A DNA stretch of 64,000 nucleotides, from positions 1,860,001 to 1,924,000 of the forward strand of contig JBLDXI010000017.1 of NCBI GenBank assembly GCA_047495785.1. Reading direction: 5' to 3'. Each line of letters starts with the position of its first letter. Positions within the stretch are counted from its first letter, which is position 1. The position numbers were made by a program, and so were the translations under genes. The notes beneath the pieces are model-generated. The model saw only the letters and a list, made by a program, of their open reading frames with translations. It searched no databases and had not been told where the DNA came from. Below, one piece after another: positions 23,312 to 35,398 of the stretch. This DNA is from Lepidodermella squamata. Taxonomy: Eukaryota; Animalia; Gastrotricha.

Positions 23312-26303
23312 ATGAGAAAATTTGTTATCTTGTTGCTTTTTGCTCTGGGCCTTGCAGAGGCTGTTAAAATCGATCGAAATCACAACAGCCAAAAACGCAA
23401 AAATTTCCAGAAAAAACCAATGAAACAAGCGAGGCAATCAAACGTCGTATGTTTTAACATCAATTTTTATTTAATTTCAATTTTTCCTCCTATTCAGATT
23501 ACAGGAAATCCACTTGAAAAGGCGACTTTACGCTACATTCAACAAAGGGTATATAGGAGATTAAAGCTGGGTAAATTTCGTCATAATTTTTTAATATAGA
23601 GAGACAGGTGTCAAAGTTACGGCCTTGAATGGAAGAACTCGATGTGTCTAGGGCCGTCCTCATTTTTCCGAAAATACGAAGCCATATCCGAAAACGAGGT
23701 GTTAGAAGCTCATAATAATTACCGACGTAAATTTCCACCATAAAATTTTGATTCTCGAGTTTTTGTTTTGCTTTTCCAGAAAATGCTAACGTACCAGACC
23801 TGCAGTACGACCCTGATTTAGCTGCTCTAGCCGAGGGGTAAGTTTTACGGGTTTAATATAACCATCCTAATTGAATATTTTAAGGTGGGTGAGTACGTGC
23901 CAAAATGGATCCGATAGCCCAGCGAGTAGGACCCTTCCTGAGCGGAGAGATAAGCCAGCTTGGGACAACATTGGCCAAAACTGTAATCTTTATACCTTAT
24001 CAATTTTAAATAAAATAAAAAAATTATTTAGTCCTCTGGGCTTGGGGCGATACGTCGTTGACGAATGCCGTCGATTATTGGGCTTCGCAGCGATCCGATA
24101 ATTCTCAAGGCGCCGCAAAGCCTTTCATCCAGATCACTTCGGCATCGACCATCTACGTCGGCTGTGCGAAAGCGTTCTGCAACAAGGAATCTTCAATGAC
24201 TACAGTTTACGTAAAATATAAGAAATTTATTCAAAAATGGGTTAAATATCCCGTAAAATTGAAGGTCGTGTGTAACTATGCGCCTGGGCTAAATTCGAGC
24301 GATGATTTAACAACAAAGCTTCCTCCGCCGCAACCTAGGACGGCGTTGCTTCAGACGACTCGACGTCCTGATGTTTCAACGCCTTCACGATCATTAGGGA
24401 CTACGAAATCATCGTCGGTAGTGACATCGCCGCCTTTCAGCGCTCGAACACTAGTATTCGAACCGCGACCAGTACAGCCGCCTCCTTTGCAAGATAATTC
24501 TCGAAAATTCTCCACGCCTCGAAGAGGGGTAGGATAATTTAATTAGTTAAGGATTTAATAAGGTGCAAGTTTGATATATAGCCTCAATGTAAATATGGCT
24601 TGAATCCGCCTCATAACATGTGTCAAGAGGACTCGGCATCCTTAATCGAACTCGAGCCAGTTCCTATTCTGGACGTGATCGGGGATCATAATTTCTATAG
24701 GTCCCGGGTGACTCCCCGAGCGAAGTCCATGCCTCCACTGGCATGGGACGAAGATTTAGCGATCGAAGCTGAAAGATGGGCAGGTATAAGACGTCCTAAA
24801 ATTCCCGAAAATTGTCATGAATTCAGAGAATTTTAGCTCAATGTCGGTTCGAGTCGAATTTGAAGGACGAACGACCTCTACCTCCACGTGGCGATAAAGA
24901 TGAATGGGCTTGGGTAAATTTCTTTATTTTGCGAATAATTTAATTTAATGAATTAATTTTTTTAGATTGGCCAAAATATGTGTTGGGGCTGGGGATTTAA
25001 CAGATCCTGGACTGAATGTATTGATGGTATATTTTATATAATACTTTAAAGGCTGCTATTAGGTCTCAATTTGTCGAATAGATTGGGCCTCCGAGCGTAA
25101 TGATTGGCAATATGGCATCGGACCTATCAATAATAACCCTGTTGGTCACTATACACAAATGATCTGGGCAGATACCTTGTACATCGGTTGCGGGAAAGCG
25201 AGATGTAGCCGTCGGGGTGATGTAGTCGAAGACACTATTTTGGTTTGTAAAATATTAGAATTTCACCTGATTTTCATTAATAATTTTTTCAGGTGTGTAA
25301 TTACGGCCCTGGCGGTAATATAGCCTGGGCCAATCTCAACGCCTATGCGAGACCGTACGAAAAATATGTCCCAAACAATTTATTCACCCAGCCTAAAAAT
25401 GGGGTAAAATTATTATTAATTTTTTGATTTTCCAATGATTTTTCATCTTTCAGCCTCAGTGCCGTTACAATTTAGTTTATCCGCATACATTGTGCCTGAA
25501 TGATTCAGCTAAACTTATAGCCTTGGAACCTGCTCCTAAATACGAGATAATCGTGAGGCAAAATTTGTACAGAGGTTGGGAAGAAATTTCTCAGTCTGGC
25601 CGGGAATCCTATAAGTTATTGTTTTATAGCTCAAGTCGATCCGCCTGCGAATAAAATGCCAAAGCTTCGATGGGACGACGATCTTGCAATCGAAGCCGAA
25701 CGATGGGCAGGTTAGGGAATGAAACTGAAAACTGGCTCCAGAAATTTTCATTATTTTCATTATAGCCCAGTGTAAATTTGAAAATGATTTAAAATCAAAC
25801 CGGCAACTGCCAGCTCGAGGCAGCGTCCAGGCGTGGCCTTGGGTATAAAAAACTGACTTGGATTTTATACTTTTTGCTACGTATTATTTCGACCTCATCA
25901 GGTGGGGCAAAATATGTGCTGGTCGATTGGTTCAAATCGGTCATGGTCGGATTGCATAGATGGTAAGAAGCAAAAACGATGAGATCGATCACGATTCATT
26001 AATTTCTTTCAGATTGGGCCTCTGAGGCCATCGATTGGCAGTATGGTATTGGTGCTCTGAACGAAAACCCTGTTGGACATTACACGCAAATGATTTGGGC
26101 CGACACGCTCTACATAGGATGCGGAAAGGCGCGATGTCGTAGGACTGACAACCGGGGCGAAGACACTATTTTGGTAAAAAAAGGAAACAAATTAAAAAAT
26201 ATCTTCGTAAATTTTGATAAATATGTTTCAGGTCTGCAATTATGGCGAAGGTGGAAATACGGATGTAGCTGGCGGAAATCCTTATGCTAAGCCCTATGAA
26301 TAA
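23312..26303 (+). CDS. CAP gene F: signal peptide + 3 CAP domains (first degenerate)
   Basis: MRKFVILLLFALGLAEA signal. Domain 1 has IGQN but AKPFIQI in place of GHYTQ. Domains 2-3 have GQN(M/I)CW, GHYTQMIWADT and VCNYG. Ends YAKPYE* at 26303. Confidence 0.82.
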
Positions 26304-26551
26304 ATGAAATACATCGATATCGATTTTGACAAAAAAATGTTGCATTTCTAAGTACAACTTATTTTGATTGTCCCGTGTGAAAAATCACTCACTTCGGGCT
26401 CGACGTCTAAAAGACAAAAGACAATTATTTTAGACTCATGTTTCCCACGGAAAATTGAGCCTGTTTTCTGACGACTTCCGGCACTTCAGAGGGGCAAAAT
26501 AGAGATGTTCGAAGTTTGAACATTCCCAGGTTTTTAGTTCTCTACGAAAAA

Positions 26552-29295
26552 ATGCGCTGTCTCTTTTTGATCTACGTTTTAGCCAATATTGCCCAAGCGG
26601 AAAAAATTCGCTTGAAGGTACCTGTTCTTGCCCCACTGACCGGCGCCGAGCCTAAGGTTGGCCAGACGTGTATAGATGCTACAAAGCTCGCCGCTGAAAT
26701 GTGGAACGAAAAAGCCCTAACAGCCGGGCCGGACGAAATTTTCATGCGAAAATTTGAGGTTGAACCTATTATCCTGGACGAATTTGTTGGCAACCGAGCC
26801 GCTGAACAAATTGTTCGATTCTACGAATTCGGCGAGTATAAATATCGCGGGATTCAGTACTCGAATAATGCAACAGTCGTACCATCCCCACTAGTAGCTG
26901 GAACCCAATATTCCACGGCTTGCAAAGCTATCGGAACCTTTCTGCATACCATAGGCGTTGTAGATATCAGCACGTCTTGCGGGGCGCCTTTTCTCATCGA
27001 TCACTACAAATACCCAAACGTGTACATGAACATGGGCCGAAATGATGAGGCGATGATAGCCTCATTGCGATTTATTCGAGACATAGGACGTTGGAACCGA
27101 ATCGGCATTATCTTCAATGTTGGAACTATTAATGACTATTTAACCGGCATAGCCACGGACCAAATGTCTCGAGAGCTTGGGTTTGATGTACCCTACTTCG
27201 AACTTGTACAAGCGGTCACGGATGAGCTCGTCGCAAGAATGGCTGAGACTAAAATCAGAATTTTCGTATTTTTCATGACTGAGGTGATGAACTTTCAACT
27301 ATTATGCCGGGCGCATTCAGCCGGTTTAACTGGACCTATGTACACCTTTGTCGGCGGCTGGCTGCGATATGTCGATCCAGTCCTGTTAACGGACCCTTTC
27401 CCCATGCCTGGTGGGCAGAGTTGCCCGAAACGGGTGATTCACGAGCAAATGAAAATCACGTATTGGACTGGGCAGCAACTTGAACCTGACGAGTTAGACG
27501 ATGGTTCGAAATCGAAAGCTTCGATTTTAGACTTGACGCCGTTTGAGTTCGAAGCTAAACTGAACGCAAGGACGGGGAACTCTCGCCCAGCTGAGTACAA
27601 CTTCAGATTTATGTGTACTGATGTTTTGCTGGGAAGTTTGATCTCCCTTCGAGATGCCGAGCAACAGCTCAATCGAATGAATCTAAGTTTGACCGATTTC
27701 AGCCGAAATCCTTTGCTCGTAGGCTCTGTTGTAAATGACAGCGTTAGTAGGCATGAATTCACCGGCATGCGAGTTGGTCGAATGAGTTACGACCAGCGAA
27801 CTATGGCGATTAAAGGGGAGGTCTACGCTGTTGGCTACTGGACCCCAGACGATGGTATGAAGCTTATGATGACAGTTCGAACGAGAGATAACAGCAGTTT
27901 GAGAAACGCGAGTATAACAAATCCGAACGTTATCGCGTTTATCGACAGCTATTCGACCGTGATCCGCAGCTTCAAATGGCTAACTACGAACGGGAAACCT
28001 CAGAAAGATTCGATAACCGAATTGGTTGTAGTTGAGCGGGTCCCGATTTCAATTTTCGTTGCTGTCTCGTCAATCGCTGGAATTATGACGGTGGTTAAAA
28101 TGGTTCTTATTGTATTTTCGTGGCCAAAAGCTGGCTCGATCGCCTACGACTGGAGCAGATGTTTCGGATATTTCTTCTGTATCCTCGTTGAAGTTTCTGC
28201 GGTTTTGTTTGTCGCAGAATCTCGCAAAGAGAAAGCTATGTTTGTGGCAAGAATTTTAACCCTGATCGTCGGCTCGGCTGGTCAACATGGTATTTCTTTC
28301 TTTCGGCTGACCGCTATCGAGGCCACCTTCAACTCGACTTTTCTAAGCATTCGACCCTCAAATGCAGGCAGTTTATCCCGAAGAGCCACCGCCGATCACA
28401 GTAATTCTATAACAACCCAAAATGGGGCGGAATCTCTATCGAATGAAGTAGCTAAGGTGAAGCGCCAAAAATTGATTGCTGGTCTCTCGGGCGCGTTTAT
28501 CGCCGCAAATTTATTGACTTTCATTGCTCTTGTGGCTGCTGATTGGCCTGATTGCATGGAAATACCTTCGGAAATGGTAAGTTTCCATTTGCATTAACCA
28601 AGGTCTTACGTCCATTGTCCAAATTTGCATGCAAAAATGCTTCAAAGTTAGGTAAATATTGAAATATTCCCGAAAATTTCCGGAAAATCAGAAATCACTT
28701 TCCCCTTTAAATTTCAGAAATTTTAACCTAGTTTAATTGTCCAAATTTATTCCTTTCCTAATAACAGCTTTTTCATTTTTATTGAAATTTTCTTAATTTA
28801 ATTTTTATTTTTTTCAAACAGATTTATTCGGCTGCGGAAGATTCATTGACTAATTATCGCCAAGTCTCATGTGGTTCTCAAGGCATGGTCGCATGGAGCC
28901 TCGCTATGATCGCCTCGCATGCATTCCTGTTGCTGTCCGGGCTGCTATATTCTATGAAATCAAGTCAGAGGCACTTGAGAAAATCGCGAAATTTCAGTTT
29001 AGCTCGTTTCGCTGTTGTGAGCAGTTTAACGATCCTCCTAGCAGCTGTTCTAGTCACTTTCATCGTAGCCGCCCGACCTGTTTCAGTCCGAATCACCGTA
29101 GCAATAGCCGGGCTTGCGTCGTCTCTGCAAGCGACCACCTTCGTCGCTATTTCGAAAACAGGAGTGGAATCGGTTACTGTTATAGAAGCCCCAAGAGCTA
29201 GCCATCCAGCTCCTCAAGCCCCGGTTTCCCTCCATCAGAATCGGCGGGAAAGCTTGGTGCGACCAAGCTCATCGTCAATTTCACTTCGAGCGTGA
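26552..29295 (+). CDS. Divergent class C GPCR, GABA-B-like (Venus flytrap + 7TM, no Cys-rich domain)
   Basis: Signal peptide, then periplasmic-binding-type ectodomain (APLTG, S..C, KYPN, W.RIG, RIF, LLCRAHSAGLTGPMYTF), W...G.P.D linker and hydrophobic helices. Intron 28577-28821 joins in frame to the exon ending at 29295. Confidence 0.8.
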
Positions 29296-29545
29296 TTTCA
29301 TCAAGGTCGAAGCCATTATTGGATTAATGAATTATTCAACATTTTTAAATTGAAAAAAATAATTGAAAAATTGAAAATTAACTTGGAAAAGGTTTAAAAA
29401 TGTTTTTGATTGATAAAAATTCCTTTTTATTATAAGATTGTTTAAATCAATGCAATACAACATAGTAAAAGCTGAGCATTCGACGGAAATTTCCGACATT
29501 GGATTAGGCAAAATATCAGCAGGCAGAACGTACAAATTTCCGATT

Positions 29546-31108
29546 TCAGTCCATCAACAAAGCAGTTTCATAGTACTCCGGTTCCCTGATGAAAAGAAAA
29601 CGTTAAAACCAGTAGAAATAATGACTTGAATCTTACCTAGTTCGGGCGAAAGCTGGTTCCTGCCGTCGCCTGGTGTTGCCATACAGAGCGGTAGGCGCCA
29701 TGAAAGCCGAAACAGCGCCGTCGTCTAGAACCGAGGCAGCCGACCTCCGATTGTCCCCAACAACCGGGTACCGCTGACTCGCAACTGGCTGCACCAAGCC
29801 TCCATAGGTTGGCCGGGAAATTCCGTTAAAATAAGCCACCGCGTTGTTTGGAGTCTCGAAAATTTCCTTCCGATTTGGGCTGCTATTCGAAGCCGCTGTG
29901 ACAGGTGTCGGCCTCGCGTAGGTTGCTACTCCCCTTGGCTGATCTGTGTTCAATAAGTACTGCTTTCCAGGCGCATAAAACTGATGTTGACTGGGGGCGG
30001 CCATGTTTACTTGCTGCCGATTAAGGTAGTTTTGGTTGCCATATTCGTAAGTCCTCGGCGCCACGGTAGATGCTGTAGTAGCCGGGGCTCTATAGCCGTA
30101 ATTATTTCTGTAATCATAATTTGTCGGCGGCTGTTGGTAATATTGATGGGGGCCAATATTCCTGAGAAAATATAAAAAATTGAAATAAATTTTGAAAAAT
30201 TTTGAAAAATTGTACATTGAGTAAGGAACTGGATTCTGAGCAGTATCGACGAAATATCCCTGTGACTGATATTCGTTAGGATAGCCGATAAATTGCAAGC
30301 CATTTTGTTGTAGCCGGCTTCTGTAGATATCGGAAATCAAAGTCGACGGAATAATAGCTTCAGATTTCTTTATTTGCTGTTGCTGTTTCCGCAGCCGTTC
30401 CCGCTGCCTTTGCTCCTCACTTGGGTTACGCTCGCCTAGAGGTGCGAATCCCAATTTTTCGAACAAAAATCGATCGAATTTGGGAGTTGAAGTAGCGACG
30501 GAGTCGGTTTTGATAGTCGTAGTTACTTGGTCATCATTTTTGCGCCTATCTGTCCGCCGGCGTTTGAATCTAATAATTTCCAGCCGTCGAGCTTTTTGCC
30601 GCCGTTTTGTTGTTGTCTCTTGTAATTCGGCCGCTGTTGTCGTCGAAATCTCAGGGACAGGTGTTGTAGTCGATGTCGTGATGGTAACTGACTCGATCTC
30701 CGTTGACTCGCTAGTTTTGTCCGAACCTATTAGGTCATGGTCAAATTCGAACGAAAGATCCGCGTCTTGATGAGGCGAAGTCAGCACTTCCGGTTGGAAG
30801 TAGATAATCTTCCGCTGACCACGCCGGCTTTGCCGCGAAATCGGGCGCTGTTTGCTGCTGGAATCACTGGACGCAGACGGGACAAAGTCGTCGTGTTCGT
30901 CGGTCAGGCTTGTCATTTCTAGGCGATCTGCAGGATTCTTTTGCCGGCGAGCCAATCTTCGAGTTGCGGCGAAGGCATCCGGCGACATGATATGACCGCT
31001 TTGAAACGGGACTAGGCGGTACATTTTAACCTTGGAAGCTATGGAATCCGGGAGAGCTGAAACTATCGAGCCTCCGTAGAGTAGTAAAATTAAGCTGAAA
31101 GGAACCAT
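29546..31108 (-). CDS. Orphan secreted low-complexity protein (T-rich, R/K clusters, Y/Q/N-rich C-terminal half)
   Basis: Signal MVPFSLILLLYGGSIVSA in a 491-aa ORF that includes a probable in-frame AT-rich intron at ~30162-30215. A terminal intron (AG|GTAAGA ~29636) leads to REPEYYETALLMD*. Confidence 0.7.
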
Positions 31109-32121
31109 GCTGGCCTATAATTAGGAATCAATAATTCGCTTTTTGAAATTATTAAGGTGGAATAATTTTATTTCGCCAAAATTCCTATTTTAATTAGCCG
31201 TGTTGACAAAAATTTGCATTTTTTTTCGCTTTGTAAGTAGCATTAAATCCCGTTTTTTTCGAGAGTCAAGGGCTTTATTTTTTAAAGAAACGTGTCATTT
31301 TTTTGCAAAGTGACACATTTGTGAGAGGTGATGAAAAGCATCATCATAAAACGAGAGCAGGGTTATTTTTGCGACACTTGAGCAAAACACAGTAAGTTCG
31401 TCCTATACCTAACTTGACAGCAAAATATTGAGAATTAAGCGTAAATACTTGTTATTTGACATGTCAACCGCAGTGGAATTAGTGAAGTGTGGGAAATGTC
31501 AGCAAATAATCGTTGAGCAACAAACGTTATTTGCATCGTTTTCAAAGTTTTATTATTGTTACAATAATAATTATGATGTTGACAAAACAAGCCGCTTATA
31601 TTGGTAAAATTGAAGATTTTATATTAAAAATGGCGGAAAAAATGTGCCACAACTCGTTAGTGGCATTATTTGGCTAACAATTTCTACGTTGCGCGTTAGA
31701 TGATGTCGCACGGTACCGCCTTGGTACCAAACTGCCGCGCTACTGGTATAGCTATATTTTACGTCGCGTGAGTCGCGCGCGCAACAATTGCGATGAGCGC
31801 ACAGGTAATTTTTACTTCAATGCGTAACACGCACGGAAAAACAACCTTTGTTTTTAACGCTGTGGTGTGTTTATTCAACTGCTATTATCATTCCGTTTTA
31901 TTACCCGGGACACAAGAGTTTTAAAAAGCCATTAAAACACGACGCCTTGAGTGTTTTTGCAATTGTTCACCCAGGTAATAATGATTTTTATTTCAAAAAA
32001 AAAAGCAATCGCCTTATACATTTAGTCAGAAACAGAATATATATTATTAGGGACTAGACGTAATGAGAAAAACACAAATTTATGATATTGAGATTAAAAG
32101 TTTCATCATTATCATCTGGAA

Positions 32122-33870
32122 TCACCAGACGAACTTGTTATCGACGGCATTGTCCTGCTGGTGCTGGTTCAACTTTTGCTGTTTTCGCTGCTGTTTACGC
32201 TCCCGGCGGCGCTGTTCACGCTCGAGTTGCTTCTCCTTATTGTTCTTGCCATTGCCCTTTTTATCCTTATTTTTCTCCTTGTTCTTCTCCTTGTTCTTCT
32301 CCTTGTTCTTGCCTTCGCCGCCGTCCTTATTGTTGTTTTTGTCCTTGCGAGCCGATGACAACGAGCGGCGCTGCACGTGATCACCCGCTCGGGCGCGCGC
32401 CTCGAAAGCGAGCCCAGTTTGGGGGAAACGAACAACGAGAGGCCGCCGGCCCTCGGCCTGGCCGAACGCGATCAGGGTGTTGTCATCGTTGACGTCAGCC
32501 TCGACATCCTGAGTTTCATCATCAGGTTCGAACTGATCCTGATCCTGAAATCGTTAAAAAATAGTAAATTTCGCCGTAATTTCTATCAGGATTCCTTACT
32601 TCATCGACGTACGGCCCTTCATCGGGTAGCTCCGGAAGTGGGGTGACCTCATCTTCCTCCTCTCCCTCAGGCTCAGGCTCAGGCTCGGGCGTTTCGACAT
32701 AAGGAGGCTGGGTGTGATCCTCCCATTCGCCGCCTACGAGATTTTCCTGAAAAATAGGAAAAAACAGTTAGGATTACAGTTAAATCTCTCAAATTTAATT
32801 ATTTTGGCACTATGCCAAGTTTTTGCTTGAGCTTTTTTTGCTCAGTTAGTTAACTAATATCAGACAAAAAAATATACCACTGGGTTAATTTTAAATTTAC
32901 ACCTGTTATTTGGGCTTTTTCTACAGGTATATTTTAGTTCGAATTCTCGCTGAAATGTTAGAATATTTCTATATACCGGATCGGCCTCGCCTTCCTCATC
33001 CACATCAGGCGGAGAGTCATCGAAAGGCGTCGTATCTACAAAACGGACTTCATCCCTTGGATGGGACTAATAGAAAGTTTTAAAATTTTCATGAGTGAAA
33101 AAAACGGAAATTTTATTTCAACTCACTGGGTCAACAGGCTCAGCCTCCTCTTCTTCTTCTTCTTCTGGAGCCGGTTCTTCCGTGATGAAGTCGACCTGTC
33201 GTTGCGTTTCCGTGAACTGCCGTTCATCCGTGACGAGAGCTTCCTCACGCTCGTCGTCGTTCGACACCTTCTTATCACCACCAGCGCCTCCCATCATCAT
33301 CGGTGGCGGCTCGTATGGCTGTTCGATAGGATCCTCCTCGCTGTGATCACCCTCATCCGGTTCAACATCAGCCCGACCCCCAGGAATAACGGCGGTGTGA
33401 TATTCCGGCGGCGTCGGATCAGTCGGGCTCGGCGGGTCGAAGAATTCGTTCGTCGTACCAGTGTTCTGATCGACCGGGATGAGTTCAGTCGCGCCACTGC
33501 CCTGGCCTTCATCGGCGCAGATCAAGTAGCAGCCGCAGGGTGTCCACTTCGCCCAGCAGTAGTAAAGGCAGCAGTAGTAGTACACATTGCAACGACCCTT
33601 GCCGCCGGTGGCCTGGCGGACTAGCGCCGAATTAGCCGGAATCAACTGACCCTGCGGAACTTGCCCGGCAGAGCGATACAGCAACGAAGCTCTGTAGATT
33701 AGAAAAATGTGAATAAATCCTCCTTAAAAGAATAACTTTTACCCGCCGCCAGGTGAGTAGATCGCTTGCTGAGGTGTGCCGAACGGACCGGCAGCTGGGG
33801 CTGGGTAGGCTGGGAAGGCGAAAATGGGCGCCGCGGCGCACAAAAATACGCCGATATAGGACAAAAACAT
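32122..33870 (-). CDS. Orphan secreted protein: Cys/Tyr-rich motif + long acidic D/E/P region + basic KNKE-repeat/Q tail (~5 exons)
   Basis: Signal MFLSYIGVFLCAAAPIFA (ATG 33870). RCNVYYYCCLYYCWAKWTPCGCYLIC, then acidic exons with GT-AG boundaries. The last exon reads DQDQFEPDDE...HVQRRSLSSARKDK...KFVW*. Confidence 0.72.
32255..32312 (-). repeat. Coding 12-bp tandem repeat (KNKE)x3-4
   Basis: TTCTCCTTGTTC units on the + strand. Confidence 0.8.
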
Positions 33871-34935
33871 GTTGGGACTGAAGCGACCTAATAAAATACA
33901 AAATAAATTGAATAGAAAATTCCTATTTTTAGAATTCGAATATGGGAAGAAATCTAGTGGGACGCGGAAGAAAAAATCGAGAGTGGAATGGCAAAAAGCA
34001 GCCATTTATGGTGGCAGCCGGGAAAATAAGCGATTTTTAGCGGTCCATTTAACAGCGAAAATGTCTGCGTGGTATATATAGATGGGCGTGCCTTAAAGTG
34101 GCGTGCTATCAATTACTAAAAACGAGCCTGACCTAGACTGACCCGGTTGTAATGGTTTGTTATTACCAATAATATAATATACAATCGTTTTTACTTTTGG
34201 CATAGCCGGTGCCGACAGGTAATTGAGGCGCCGGTTCGTCCGAAAAAAAACCGCTGTCGATTTATCATTTTATTCACTTTGCGGTGATGATGATGGCGAT
34301 GGTGATGATAAAGATCGCCGGTGTTTAATAACAACAGCCGGGCTATATTATTCAACGCGCGTTGTTTATTGCGGTAAAAAAGACGACGCGCGATTAATTT
34401 TCGGTTTTTGTTTACGAAAATAACGCACCCGAAAAATTACTTACCTGCTCGTATAGTTGTATTATGGCTCGTAGAAAACGCCTGAAAAATCACGACGTTC
34501 TGTTATCTTAATACAGGGTTAAATTGCGCGCAAAAAGTTAGCGCTAATGGTCTGATCGGATGAAAAATTGCTGTTTGCACGGCTGTAAAAACAACGCGTG
34601 CGAAATATATATATATACGATTACGAATAAGGCGGAACACTTTTTCAAGACTTGCAAGTAAATTACGGGTCAGTACACATTAATCACCGTCTATTTTTGG
34701 TCATTATACCACCGTTGCCGCAACGAACCCTGGATAGCTGCTTATTTTGTAGATGAATGATGAATATGGTACTTCGTTTTTGTTAATACTTCCGATTTTT
34801 GACGTCTTATTTTTGGCGTGTTTTTATAACCCAATTGCCAACGAGGAACAAAAACCACAAAAATACGAAAGAGAAATTAAAAATCTTGGCGGAGAAATAA
34901 AAAAGCAGTAAAAATAAAATGTAAAATGAATAAAA

Positions 34936-35398
34936 TGACCGTTAAGAAGAGAAAAGTGGTGGTTTGCGTATTTTCTGTATTTTCCAACAAATTCCGGAAC
35001 GTGTGTTGACTTTAAGTGGGACGATTCTTGGATTTTTAGCTTTTCGTAGTCAGTTTTTCTTGTGAATTTCGAATTGTCAAACTTCAGATCTCTAGGAGGC
35101 TTACCCTAAAATTACCCTAAAAATCTCGACTGCGCGCAAGAAAATAACATCAGAATTTAATGCGCGTCGAATTTTTTATTGATGCAATAAAAAAAACTGA
35201 ATTTTTAAGCGCGCATTTTTATAAATTAGCAATTTTCAGCCGTAATAAGCATTGAAGCCCATTTTCTCAGCAACCGTGATGACTATCAACCTCTGTTTGA
35301 TACCGTTCGACTCCTCGTTTATTGATCATCAAAAAAGCATCAACATCTCACCGCGTCAAAAATTTCGCCAAACCCCAATTTTCACTTGTTAACGGTCA
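34936..35398. mobile_element. MITE family 1, copy b (inverted relative to 778-1281)
   Basis: The right end CGCCAAACCCCAATTTTCACTTGTTAACGGTCA is the exact reverse complement of copy a's left end. Internal segments (GAGGAGTCGAACG, TTGCATCAAT, GAAAATACAGAAAATACG) are colinear. Confidence 0.85.

Noticed and set aside
4644-26303. CAP fragments as frameshifted pseudogenes or an alternative genetic code
   Set aside because: The breaks I traced are explained by short GT-AG introns that restore frame, and stops fall in introns or at gene ends.
32082-32492. Cys-rich + strand ORF (SPCSSPCSSPC), metallothionein/keratin-associated-like
   Set aside because: It is the antisense shadow of the KNKE repeat exon on the - strand, has a non-ATG start and no signal peptide.
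33061-33624. 187-aa + strand ORF and similar overlapping ORFs (12307-12681, 30480-30770, 48656-48979)
   Set aside because: These are antisense to well-supported exons and are open because of codon bias in Thr- or acid-rich sequence.
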